Part shown: positions 15,966-24,872 of the stretch, one piece after another | Position numbering within the stretch: position 1 is the stretch's first letter | Layout: the number at the start of each line of letters is the position of its first letter | Origin: a virus | Lineage: Duplodnaviria; Caudoviricetes | Direction: 5' to 3' (one strand) | Virus record (IMG/VR): IMGVR_UViG_3300046779_000875 | Location: 1 to 26,132 of that record | DNA length: 26,132 nucleotides | Position numbers and translations under genes: made by a program | Notes under the pieces: model-generated | The model's input: the letters and a program-made list of their open reading frames with translations, nothing else | What the model was told of the DNA's origin: nothing | Databases searched by the model: none

Positions 15966-17744
15966 TTAAATCAAAGCGTATGGGACACTGCCATCAGGAA
16001 AAACCAAAGTTGATGCGTTAACAAAGAAAGCACCGACCTGTTTTTGACTATCTGAGGCTAGACTATAAACGGGGGTCGTATTAGAGGTAATAAAACCATA
16101 CCGTCCATTGTATTGGAAGGCTTGGGCAACAACCTCGTATTCGTGACCAGACTTTTTCTGTGTGGTCTTGATGACCTGAAGCAGTGTCTTAACAGTGTTA
16201 CCTGTTGGGTCAGTGACAACCCTGCTGTCAAGTTCCATAACCCCTGCCAGACCCAAGTTTCTGTCTTTAGCATCCAAAAGGATCGTATACCTTTTAGGTG
16301 CAGTGTTAAACCTCTTGAGCAGACGTTGTGATAAAGTGACCACAAACGCATCAGCACCACCATTATTCAGCCAACGACAAAAGACCTCTTTAATGATTGG
16401 TGTGCCATAGGCATTGGTGTTCTCTGCATCAGTGTCAAGAGTGACATTGATCTGGTTATAGTTGTCCTTAGACTTATAATCTTTTGTGGGGTCGGTCTGC
16501 CTGCTGTAGAAGTGGATTTGAGTGAGGCGATCCTCATCCCGATCCTCTTGCACGATCTTCTTGACATTATTCCTATCAGAGATGGGAAATGTCGTAGAGG
16601 ATGTTGCAGGGTGGTTGACCAACAGCCTAACCTTTTGATTAACTTCATCCCACCAGATAGAGATGCCAAGGACAGCCAATTCACCAATAAGCTGATTTAC
16701 ACCCGTGGGTTTCGCAATGATGGTATTTAGCAACAAGCCTGACAACCAAGTGTCAACCTCTGTCTTCCAATCTGTAGAAAGATTACAGTATGAAGCGGGA
16801 ACACCAGCGTAGTTAACCAGAAGATCATAGATCAGATCATCAACACGTTGATTGACCACATTATAACAAAGTTGGAAGGTGTCATTGCTATTGTGGGTGG
16901 CCGCTACAGTCCCATATTGACCACGTTGCGTCAGAGTGACCACAGCACCAGAGCGAGTGAATGCTACGATCTCAGAACCAATGATGGCCCAGCCAGAGGT
17001 GGGATATTCAGACTCGATACCTGTAGGGGTCAAGGAAAAGGTTTGACCCACAGCAGCGGTCACGTTAGCACCAAGTTTACCACGACCAGCTTTAGGGGCT
17101 AAGGCTTTGTCGTTATCTGCAAGGGCCAGAACATCTTTGGCTTCAAAGGTAACATCACCGTCATTCGTCGGACCTGTCATGTCCGTTATGATGAAGTTAC
17201 GGGTCTGAGTGTCTGTCAGGACGCCACTATCAATGTAGCCATCAATGACACGAAGCGCACGTCCAGCATAATAAGGAAAACGTGACTTCAGCTTAGTGAA
17301 GAAAGTTCCCTTCGTGATAGGATCATAGCCAACGCCACTAGTTTGTGCAACACCACTTATACGTTGTGCCTGATACTTATCAAACCCAATATCATTGTAA
17401 ACAAAGTCTTTGAGTTTGACAGTCACGGTGGCCCTACGGCCAAAGGCACTCATCTTGTCATCAGAACCTGCGATGTTAACCGTGGAAGAAAAGGCAGTAA
17501 TACCATTCTCCACCAAACATGGAAAAGCCACAAGACCCTTCGGAAGGTTAGCCCGATTGTTAACAAACCGAAGGGTTTTTGTGGTTTTAGTGAAAGCAGA
17601 TTTTGCTTGACAGGTAGCAAAGGTATTGAAGCACTTATAGGTTCCAGTAGTCCCAAGGATAGCCGTGCAAGGGGCAGTCCCATAGGTCAATGAACAATAG
17701 TCAACATCAATCTCAACGATTTGGATAGGTTCTCTATTCGCCAT
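15966..17744 (-). CDS. Tail tip / baseplate hub protein
   Basis: About 590 aa; MANREPIQIVEIDVDYC...C...KCFNTFATC Cys cluster; second gene after the tape measure; GGAGG SD before ATG 17744. Confidence 0.65.
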   Translation of the reverse strand: MANREPIQIVEIDVDYCSLTYGTAPCTAILGTTGTYKCFNTFATCQAKSAFTKTTKTLRFVNNRANLPKGLVAFPCLVENGITAFSSTVNIAGSDDKMSAFGRRATVTVKLKDFVYNDIGFDKYQAQRISGVAQTSGVGYDPITKGTFFTKLKSRFPYYAGRALRVIDGYIDSGVLTDTQTRNFIITDMTGPTNDGDVTFEAKDVLALADNDKALAPKAGRGKLGANVTAAVGQTFSLTPTGIESEYPTSGWAIIGSEIVAFTRSGAVVTLTQRGQYGTVAATHNSNDTFQLCYNVVNQRVDDLIYDLLVNYAGVPASYCNLSTDWKTEVDTWLSGLLLNTIIAKPTGVNQLIGELAVLGISIWWDEVNQKVRLLVNHPATSSTTFPISDRNNVKKIVQEDRDEDRLTQIHFYSRQTDPTKDYKSKDNYNQINVTLDTDAENTNAYGTPIIKEVFCRWLNNGGADAFVVTLSQRLLKRFNTAPKRYTILLDAKDRNLGLAGVMELDSRVVTDPTGNTVKTLLQVIKTTQKKSGHEYEVVAQAFQYNGRYGFITSNTTPVYSLASDSQKQVGAFFVNASTLVFPDGSVPYALI

Positions 17745-19074
17745 AAGCATAGACCTCCATACCCACACTCATCCAGATACCAGTTTCATCGAAAGTGGGG
17801 GCGAGAACAGAGCCTTCAGTTCGCCACACATACCCAACATCCTTAGAGAACACAGAAGGCCCAGCGGCCCACACAAAGGCTTTGCCAGAGTTGTAGTGTT
17901 CACGAAAAGGCAGGATTGTGGTTTCCCCGAAGGTGCGATCTACAGCCACTAGGTTAATGCTGGTTTGTCCACCAGTTCTCAACACACGATTACCAAGAAA
18001 TTGACCACCGAGGGTAGTTGCAGTCAACAGTTCGTAGGATTGAGACAACCAAACAGGCTTATAAGGGGCCACAACACCAGCAGGGAAGTTGAACCTAGTG
18101 CCAGCCATAGCCACACCAACGATGGGTTGATTTCCAGTAGCCGCCGCTGCAACAGCGAAGTAGTCAGAGGGGTAAGAACCCAACTCAATCTGAGAACCCC
18201 AAGTCAGAACAGAAGATGTGCCATCACCTGGATAAAAGAAGTTGCTGGTGTCACTCATCATCTGGATAGAAGTGTTGACGGTAGTCGCAGCAGCATTTGT
18301 TGTGGCATAACACCAAACACGATACCAACCATTACCAACATCAATGACACCCTTAGTGGAGTCTGGGCTAGTCACCGCACCATTACTCAGAGTGACAACA
18401 CAAGTGTTAAGGATGCTAGAACTATCACCAAGGCGAAGTCTGATAACAGGCCGTCCACCAACTACAGCTTTTACATAAGCACTAGCCACATAAACAGTGG
18501 ATGCTGTGCAGGAGACAGTCTGCCGGATTTCATGGAAGGCATTTCCTGCTGTCACTGTCTCGACAATGGAATCAGCGGTTGTTGTTCCATCTGGTGCAAC
18601 TGCACTGTTGGCTGTGATAGTGACGTTGTTCTTAGTCCAGACAGCATTATCTGCTTGCTCCGTATAAGTCAGCATGTTCTTGACAGAGAATTGCTGTCTC
18701 CAATAACGAGCAGAAACACTTGGGAAAAGACCCAAGATGCTTGTGTTGTTTGATGGAGAGACAACACAACGAGTTGTCCAAGTTGTGCTGTCAGTAGAGG
18801 ATTGCAGAGAAACAGTTAGACCTTTTGTCCCAAGATCATGGGCGACAACAGCAAAGGAGTCCACAGCCGTAGCAACACCTTTGTCAATCGACAAACTGGC
18901 CGGGAGAGTTGCAGGCTTCCAAGCATCATAGGTTGCTTCAGAAACGGCATTCTCTTTCGGATAATCCGTGGCTTCGCTAGAAGCAGTTAGGGTGCCACTA
19001 GCGAAGATATTGTTCCACAGGATCGTAGGGAGACTATCTTGACTAGTCGGGGTGTTTTCAATCTTAATAGTCAT
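17734..19074 (-). CDS. Distal tail protein with an inserted carbohydrate-binding-like domain
   Basis: Directly after the tape measure; SARYWR followed by a ~180-aa beta-sandwich-like insert (NMLTYTE...APDGTTTAD...GNGWYRV...WGSQIELG). Confidence 0.6.
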   Translation of the reverse strand: MTIKIENTPTSQDSLPTILWNNIFASGTLTASSEATDYPKENAVSEATYDAWKPATLPASLSIDKGVATAVDSFAVVAHDLGTKGLTVSLQSSTDSTTWTTRCVVSPSNNTSILGLFPSVSARYWRQQFSVKNMLTYTEQADNAVWTKNNVTITANSAVAPDGTTTADSIVETVTAGNAFHEIRQTVSCTASTVYVASAYVKAVVGGRPVIRLRLGDSSSILNTCVVTLSNGAVTSPDSTKGVIDVGNGWYRVWCYATTNAAATTVNTSIQMMSDTSNFFYPGDGTSSVLTWGSQIELGSYPSDYFAVAAAATGNQPIVGVAMAGTRFNFPAGVVAPYKPVWLSQSYELLTATTLGGQFLGNRVLRTGGQTSINLVAVDRTFGETTILPFREHYNSGKAFVWAAGPSVFSKDVGYVWRTEGSVLAPTFDETGIWMSVGMEVYAYGE

Positions 19075-19077
19075 TTT

Positions 19078-20934
19078 TTATCTCGCCACTACGAATACTT
19101 TTCCGCGATTGTCGTTTTCTTTATAGAAGCTATCAAACAAGTTAGCCAGTTGCTCACCAGTAAACAGAGCGTTAGGATCAAGGCCACTGATGTAGACAGT
19201 CTGAGCAGGGCTTGTGGTCCCAGAACTTGCAGGGACACTTGCAGAGCCTTTAGGCATACCACCGCCTTTACCACCACCACCAGCAGAGGAAGCTGAATCA
19301 GACCCGCTCCTAAGCGAAGCCACAAGACCAAGACCAGTAGCACCAATAGCAGCATATGCAGCCATCTTACCGAAAAAGCCAAGATTAGGGTCACGAAGAA
19401 CTTGGCTTTGTGCAATGAAAGTGTTGATCAACGCTTCAGTAGCACCAAGAACTCTAGCAACTTTGATATACTTCTGACCACCAGCCTGAGCAAGGTTAGC
19501 CATTGCACCAAAGAAAGTTCCAGCTTCTTGCAAAGTTTTGTATCGTCTTTTTGCATCAATCTCAGCGATAACCGCATTATGCTTTTCGGTCAACTCTTTT
19601 TCAAGAGTGTTATATTCTTGAATGGTGAGCAGTTTTTCTTCAAGGGCCTGACGAAGAGTTTCTTGACGCTCTTGATAAGAGATCATTTCTGATTCTTTAG
19701 CATCCATCAGATATTGACGGAGAGAATCTAAGTCACTCTGTAAACGGTCTTGAATGCTGATTCCGCCGCCACCTCCGCCTACACCAGAAGAAGTTCCTGT
19801 ATCTTCTGTTCCTGTCGAAACTTCTGGTGGAAGAAGGTTTGGCAACCCTTGTTCATATAAAGGAACCCCGATAGTCATGCCCCTAGTTGCTCCACGCAAC
19901 TCTTCCATCCTAGCCCTAGCTTCATCTGTAGCATTAGACAACTTAAGCATTTGATCCAAGGCGAGACTAAGATCTTCTGGGATTTGGTTTAGTGGGATTC
20001 CTAGTTCGTCAAGGGTGTCTAGGAAATCAGTTAGGGCTTTTTGCTGAGCCTCAAAAGTTTTAGCTTCTTTAATACTCATCATAGTATGATAAAGCATTAC
20101 AGCTTCAGGTCGTGCTAGTTTAAAAGCCTCCTGTATATCTTGAATGCTCTGACGACCAGCCATACCAACTTGAGTGTAAAGATCAATGGTATCATTCAAA
20201 ATAGGTATTTGATCAGAAAGGGCTGATTCAGCTTGTGAAAGACGAAGTTCAGCTTGAACCAAGGCGAATTGCCGAACTCTTTGGGCCGCTTCACCATATT
20301 TTTTGATCAGTTCTTCAAGACTCATGCTAACAATGTTAGAGGATTCATCGAATCCATCCATTGTCTCCTTGACCTGAGTCATTGCATCATCAAAGATGTT
20401 GGCTTCATCTCTAGTTCTTAAGAAAGCAGCGCCAATAGCAGTGACCAAGGGGATAGCGATACCAAGACCAGCACTAAGGGCAATAAGACCACCAGTAGAA
20501 AGCCCAAGGAACCCTGCCCCCATCATTGGTAGAATACCAACAAGTTGCGTTGCCTGTTGACCAAAAGCCACTAACCAATTGGTTCCAGATTGAACTTGAA
20601 CAAAGAAGTCACCAACTTGATAACCGACTTGTTGTGTAGCAACACCAAACCCATTCATCCCTCTACGGGTATTTGCAAGGGCAGACTCTAACCCTTGGAC
20701 TCGTTGTGCTGCTAAATCAAGTTCTCTGGGAGAAATAAAACTCCCCATAGTTTGACTGCTAGAAGAAAGTTGTTTCTGAACCCTGCTGTAATATTGAAGA
20801 CGATCAATAACTTCTTGGACAGCAGGGCTTAGTTTCTTGTCGAGAGTATCAGCAAGTTTTGTGACTTCTGCAATAGTCTCAGCGCCACCTTTACTCTGGA
20901 TAGGAAGAATAACAGTTCCAAGGTCATAACTCAT
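19078..20934 (-). CDS. Tape measure protein (618 aa)
   Basis: QQVGYQVGDFFVQVQSG...AFGQQATQL lambda-like TMP motif, long helical composition, Gly-rich linkers; follows the chaperones. Confidence 0.88.
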   Translation of the reverse strand: MSYDLGTVILPIQSKGGAETIAEVTKLADTLDKKLSPAVQEVIDRLQYYSRVQKQLSSSSQTMGSFISPRELDLAAQRVQGLESALANTRRGMNGFGVATQQVGYQVGDFFVQVQSGTNWLVAFGQQATQLVGILPMMGAGFLGLSTGGLIALSAGLGIAIPLVTAIGAAFLRTRDEANIFDDAMTQVKETMDGFDESSNIVSMSLEELIKKYGEAAQRVRQFALVQAELRLSQAESALSDQIPILNDTIDLYTQVGMAGRQSIQDIQEAFKLARPEAVMLYHTMMSIKEAKTFEAQQKALTDFLDTLDELGIPLNQIPEDLSLALDQMLKLSNATDEARARMEELRGATRGMTIGVPLYEQGLPNLLPPEVSTGTEDTGTSSGVGGGGGGISIQDRLQSDLDSLRQYLMDAKESEMISYQERQETLRQALEEKLLTIQEYNTLEKELTEKHNAVIAEIDAKRRYKTLQEAGTFFGAMANLAQAGGQKYIKVARVLGATEALINTFIAQSQVLRDPNLGFFGKMAAYAAIGATGLGLVASLRSGSDSASSAGGGGKGGGMPKGSASVPASSGTTSPAQTVYISGLDPNALFTGEQLANLFDSFYKENDNRGKVFVVAR

Positions 20935-21284
20935 TTGCTTACTACCCTTAAGTAAATTGCGTCAAGCCTCATAATTGCCTTAACTTCCCAAGGCGATAAA
21001 AGACTTCCAGTTAGTCTTTTCCAAGACTCTATTTCTTGATAATTTAGCGGTAAAGGTCCGCTATATCCTTGACCACGAGAAGTGTTTAAAGACAAAAAGG
21101 CAGACCAAACGTGATCCAATAACTCTGGGAAATCTGGTCCCTCTAAAGCTAATGGTGTCCGTCCAGTCTGCCTTTCAACTTCTAACAAATGTTCTCTTTG
21201 TGGAACCCCGTCTTTGTCAGGCACAGAGAGTTTGAAATCCCACTCTGCGTATGCCTCTAGGTCAAGGATCAGTTCTTCAAAAAA
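20931..21284 (-). CDS. Tail assembly chaperone, -1 frameshift extension (gpT-like part)
   Basis: No convincing own start; -1 frame relative to 21269..21667; W..F..L...R..G.SGPLPL.YQEI..W..LTG..L.PWE...I..LD signature. Confidence 0.8.
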   Translation of the reverse strand, partial: FFEELILDLEAYAEWDFKLSVPDKDGVPQREHLLEVERQTGRTPLALEGPDFPELLDHVWSAFLSLNTSRGQGYSGPLPLNYQEIESWKRLTGSLLSPWEVKAIMRLDAIYLRVVSK

Positions 21285-21667
21285 GCGGAGTAATCCTCTT
21301 GTCCTTCGAGAACTTGTTGCTTCAACCAAGGCAGTTTAGCGTAGAGGTCATAAGCCTCTTTTTGAGAGAATTTAGGTGCCTTACCATTAAGTTGGATGTT
21401 CCAATCTTTTGTGGTTTTAGACATAACCTCTAGACTCGCTGATTCAATCTCTTCAGCGGACATTGTAAACTTTTTAGACTTAGAGGCTTTCTGAAGCCTT
21501 TTGTTTGTCTGTTCGTGCATCACCATTTTATATTGATGTGAATGCGGTGCATACACTGTGATAGTCATCTCTTTGCCATCATCTTTGACAAGAGGTTCAT
21601 CACTAATCGGATGCTTAATGGTGATAGTGATAGTATCTTCCGAAGGAATTAGATTAGACAGGTCCAT
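21269..21667 (-). CDS. Tail assembly chaperone (gpG-like)
   Basis: Between tail tube and tape measure; KHP...ITVYAPHS motif; ends in slippery T TTT TTG. Confidence 0.85.
   Translation of the reverse strand: MDLSNLIPSEDTITITIKHPISDEPLVKDDGKEMTITVYAPHSHQYKMVMHEQTNKRLQKASKSKKFTMSAEEIESASLEVMSKTTKDWNIQLNGKAPKFSQKEAYDLYAKLPWLKQQVLEGQEDYSAFLKN
21278..21284 (-). other. Programmed -1 ribosomal frameshift site TTTTTTG
   Basis: GCT TTT TTG AAG AAC TGA; the -1 frame continues FEELILDLE...; same heptamer as phage P2 E/E'. Confidence 0.8.
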
Positions 21668-21767
21668 GTCGGGTTGGTCCTTGTTGTGTTAAAAGTGTGT
21701 CGGGGTAAAATTAAAGCGGGTGGTCAACCCCCGACAAGTCGAACCACCCTACCCTTGCGGGATTAGA
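21665..21767 (-). ncRNA. Candidate structured cis-regulatory RNA: GNRA hairpin, terminator-like hairpin and pseudoknot partners
   Basis: CCC-GCAA-GGG hairpin (21749-21766); GGGUGG(U)UCGAC-UUGUCGGGG-GUUGACCACCC hairpin (21718-21749) then GCUUUAAUUUU; loop complementary to CCCCGACA (21698-21705) and CCCGACA(UG) (21667-21673). Confidence 0.6.
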
Positions 21768-22691
21768 TTAAACCGAGCGGGTCAGTTTAATGTTGGTGCC
21801 TTCAGTGGTGTCATAGAGGGCCACAAAAGGAAGGGTGATGATGCGAGAGGTCGGGCCATCCACAGGAACATCAGCACCGTTGATCTTCACACGGGGGAAG
21901 AGGAAGGTGTAGTCCGAGGAACCCGTAGGATCATCCACCGAGACTTGCAGGGCGGTTTCGGTTTCATTGATAAAACGATTGATCAGGGCTGCATCTTCAA
22001 AGTAGGCAGTGATCGTGCCTTCAACCGTAGCCATGCCATATTCCAGTTCAGCGGTGGTCGAAGAACCAACCACAAAACGCGAAGCCATGGCATTGTTAAC
22101 GCTGAAGTCAATGCCCGTAACGATAGCAGACGAAGACAGAGCGCCACCAGCATCACCAATTGACAGAGCGCCCGAATAGGCGTCAAAAGGCTGGTTGCCA
22201 GACGAAGCAGTTTTGACTGCATCCACCGAAGAACCAGAGATCGACATGTTCTTACCAATCATGCTGAACGTGGTCGTAACCATCTGGTTCGGCTTGATGG
22301 AGAAGGCAGCTTGAGAGACAACACAACCAGTGAACAGGCGGAATTGCGTAATGTCCGTAGCGGCATCTTCAATGGAGAAGGATTTAATCGTGGAACCAAC
22401 CTTCAGAGTGTTCGTGGAGAACGACGACATAAAGGCCGATTCAAGGAAAGGGTCATAGTCTGCTTTACGCAGGTCAACAGCGATGTCACCAGCCACAGAA
22501 CGGTTGCCATGACGGTCAACACGGGGCATACGGTCAGGCTGAAGGTCATTGCCTTGAACACGCTCTTTAGCCAAGTTCAACGAGTTGGTGGTGTAAGGCA
22601 GTTGGATAAGCGAAGGAGTTCCAGGCGTAGTGCCATAGGTCACTTCAGCAACATAGGAGAGGCCAGAACGGCTACCTTGGGCTAACGGCAT
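21768..22691 (-). CDS. Major tail tube protein
   Basis: AQGSRSGLSYVAEVTYGTTP, EGTITAYFED, YTFLFPRVK, LPFVALYD; 307 aa; GC-rich codons. Confidence 0.9.
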   Translation of the reverse strand: MPLAQGSRSGLSYVAEVTYGTTPGTPSLIQLPYTTNSLNLAKERVQGNDLQPDRMPRVDRHGNRSVAGDIAVDLRKADYDPFLESAFMSSFSTNTLKVGSTIKSFSIEDAATDITQFRLFTGCVVSQAAFSIKPNQMVTTTFSMIGKNMSISGSSVDAVKTASSGNQPFDAYSGALSIGDAGGALSSSAIVTGIDFSVNNAMASRFVVGSSTTAELEYGMATVEGTITAYFEDAALINRFINETETALQVSVDDPTGSSDYTFLFPRVKINGADVPVDGPTSRIITLPFVALYDTTEGTNIKLTRSV

Positions 22692-22706
22692 TGTAAGTTT
22701 CCTTTA

Positions 22707-23189
22707 TCAGTGGTAGATATACCAAGCGACAATCACAGGGGTGCAATAGTAAGGTGAGTCTAGGAAACTCGTCCTGACTTCAGAGTATTCAAGAGAAACA
22801 ATAGTGGGCGACCCTAGAAGCAAACTGTCGCCAGATTCTAACAACAAGGTATCACCAGATTCTAGCAGAATTGTGTCTGTAGGATTAGTGTAGGTAATAT
22901 CAGTGGTGGAATTGAAGTGATCTAACAAAGCGTCTGCCAGATCGTAACCAGCACCGGGGCCTAAGTTTTCTGGGGTGCAAACCAACAAACTATAGACACC
23001 ATCATATCGTTGTTGTGGATTGATACCACGAACAGCGGGACGTCTAGAAGTTGGAACTAGGTCTGCCAAGATGTATGGCGTTCCATTAGTGGGGGTAAAA
23101 GCAACATTCTGTCTAGCAATCGCAGGCACATTCGGCATAACTGACAAATGCGTATCAAGACAGGCTCTAATATCGTTGATAATACTCAT
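22707..23189 (-). CDS. Tail terminator (DUF4128-like)
   Basis: IRACLDTHL...IARQNVAFTP...GVYSLLV..P...G.G...DLADALLDHF; directly upstream of the tail tube. Confidence 0.75.
   Translation of the reverse strand: MSIINDIRACLDTHLSVMPNVPAIARQNVAFTPTNGTPYILADLVPTSRRPAVRGINPQQRYDGVYSLLVCTPENLGPGAGYDLADALLDHFNSTTDITYTNPTDTILLESGDTLLLESGDSLLLGSPTIVSLEYSEVRTSFLDSPYYCTPVIVAWYIYH
22813..22877 (-). repeat. In-frame 24-bp tandem repeat encoding (I/L)LLESGD x2 plus SLLL
   Basis: CCAGATTCTA at 22831-22840 and 22855-22864; protein DTILLESGDTLLLESGDSLLLGS. Confidence 0.85.
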
Positions 23190-23623
23190 TTAGAACCCCT
23201 AACTTTATTAACTGCATTTTGCAAGTGGATGTTTGCTCTATTTTTTACAGTCGTAAAGACGCGATAAGGAGCGGTAGATTTATCTTTACCCCTCCAACCA
23301 CTATACTCAACCTTATTAGCATAAGGGCTTCTATTGGCAATATAGACTGTTGTAGTTTTTGGTGGTATAGCAGCAACTTGACCATACAGTTTTGTCAAGG
23401 CTTTTTGTTTAGCTGTGCCATTATCTTTTGGTAGCCCATGGGAGTTAGTTCTACCACCAGAACCAGTGGATGTGGTAATTGAGTGATTGCTTACATAGTT
23501 ACCTGTGTCTACAGGGGAACTAGCAACAAGGTCTTCAGCAATATTTCGGAGAAACTCAGTCCTGACAAGATCAAGGTCTGCCTCAATCTTCTTAAGAACA
23601 GAAGCAAATGATCTTTGAACCAT
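23186..23623 (-). CDS. HK97 gp10-like tail completion / neck protein
   Basis: SPVDTG and VYIANRSPYANKVEY motifs; GAGGA SD before ATG 23623. Confidence 0.8.
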   Translation of the reverse strand: MVQRSFASVLKKIEADLDLVRTEFLRNIAEDLVASSPVDTGNYVSNHSITTSTGSGGRTNSHGLPKDNGTAKQKALTKLYGQVAAIPPKTTTVYIANRSPYANKVEYSGWRGKDKSTAPYRVFTTVKNRANIHLQNAVNKVRGSK

Positions 23624-23625
23624 AA

Positions 23626-23988
23626 TCAGTTCCTCACTTGAAGCAGATAGCACATCACGTTGGATGAGGATTTGATTTCAGACACGTCGATAATATCGGA
23701 TGTCTTACCGTAACCAATGATCTGATCTGTGGTATCAGGTTTTGGTGTGGCACTGCCGTTGGTCAAGTAGATGTCCAGCACTACACGCTTGTCACCACGA
23801 ACAACAGATTGCCCATCAAGCATATCAGGGGTAAACTCGTAGTAGTAAGCCTTAACAGTGTAGTCAGTATTAGTTGCGGTTACAGTCCCTGTATTACTAT
23901 CATAGGCACTTTCAGAACGCTTACGAAGGGTAGCAGAGATACCGTGTTCTTTGATGAGTTGACGTAAAGTGAACGGATCAAACGCCAT
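23626..23988 (-). CDS. Head closure / head-tail joining protein
   Basis: LIKEHG...LRK....YD..TG...RGDKRV...P...D....YLLQVR; synteny. Confidence 0.7.
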   Translation of the reverse strand: MAFDPFTLRQLIKEHGISATLRKRSESAYDSNTGTVTATNTDYTVKAYYYEFTPDMLDGQSVVRGDKRVVLDIYLTNGSATPKPDTTDQIIGYGKTSDIIDVSEIKSSSNVMCYLLQVRN

Positions 23989-24451
23989 AGGGTTCATCAG
24001 GGATATAACCAGACCCTGCCTCCACATTGTCGAACTGATTAATGTTGAAGGCGGGCTTCACACGATCAGTATCAGCGTCAGCAACACCCATATCAGCAAT
24101 AGAGATACCACCAGCAGAAACGCCCAAAGCCTTGCCAGACACCTTCTTACCTTGCGCTTCGATCTGAACCGCCAGAAGGTTATACTGCTTGGCCTTGTCG
24201 CTGTATTTGGCACTCAGAGCGCCATCCAGTTGGGTATCCACAAGGCGGCTAAATTTAGCTGCAACAGTCCTACAAGCCCAAGCTGCTGCCATGTAGACGT
24301 TGTTACCGACTTGAGACAGAGCAAAGTTAATCTCTTCATTCTGCATCAATTGGTCGGTGGTATCCGTATCACCAATCAGCAACCTTACGGTATTGAGACG
24401 GCCAGAAGCAGTCGTAGTATTCAGATCAGAAGCATCATATGACCACGCCAT
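23978..24451 (-). CDS. Head-tail adaptor protein
   Basis: MAWSY...VRLLIGDTD...Q.EEI.FAL signature; synteny after the capsid. Confidence 0.75.
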   Translation of the reverse strand: MAWSYDASDLNTTTASGRLNTVRLLIGDTDTTDQLMQNEEINFALSQVGNNVYMAAAWACRTVAAKFSRLVDTQLDGALSAKYSDKAKQYNLLAVQIEAQGKKVSGKALGVSAGGISIADMGVADADTDRVKPAFNINQFDNVEAGSGYIPDEPYGV

Positions 24452-24464
24452 AGCCGTCCCTCAA

Positions 24465-24872
24465 TCATTTCTCAATATCACCATAGGAACTACGCCAACG
24501 ACGAATAAGGCCAATTTGCTTGTCCTTAATCTTGCTGGTTGCACACTTCTTCTGGAGAAACTCTCTGTTGTTCTTAGCAGCAGCCTTAACTTTGCCGTTG
24601 ATGTTTTCCACAAGAATGTGAAGTTGATCTAAGGTAAGTTCGTCAAGGCCATCTCCAACAGCAATACGCTTAACAACTTCTTCCTCAAACTCTTCGTTGT
24701 GGTAGAGTTGATCACTGAAAAACATCTGTTGGATAATATCGTGTGGGGTTCCGTAGAACTCCCAATTAAATCGTTCACCCTGCTTCCAAATCTTTCCCGC
24801 CGCTTGTAGCCCATTAATTTTAACGAACACAGGACGGGAAGGATTGAAGTAGGGGAGAAACTGTCGGGTCAT
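24465..24872 (-). CDS. Hypothetical protein downstream of the major capsid gene
   Basis: AAGGAGG SD; 135 aa; basic C-terminus; starts ATG-ACCCGACA. Confidence 0.75.
   Translation of the reverse strand: MTRQFLPYFNPSRPVFVKINGLQAAGKIWKQGERFNWEFYGTPHDIIQQMFFSDQLYHNEEFEEEVVKRIAVGDGLDELTLDQLHILVENINGKVKAAAKNNREFLQKKCATSKIKDKQIGLIRRWRSSYGDIEK

Noticed and set aside
17965-18753. 262-aa + strand ORF opposite the distal tail gene
   Set aside because: Antisense shadow with Ser/Thr/His-rich composition and no plausible context.
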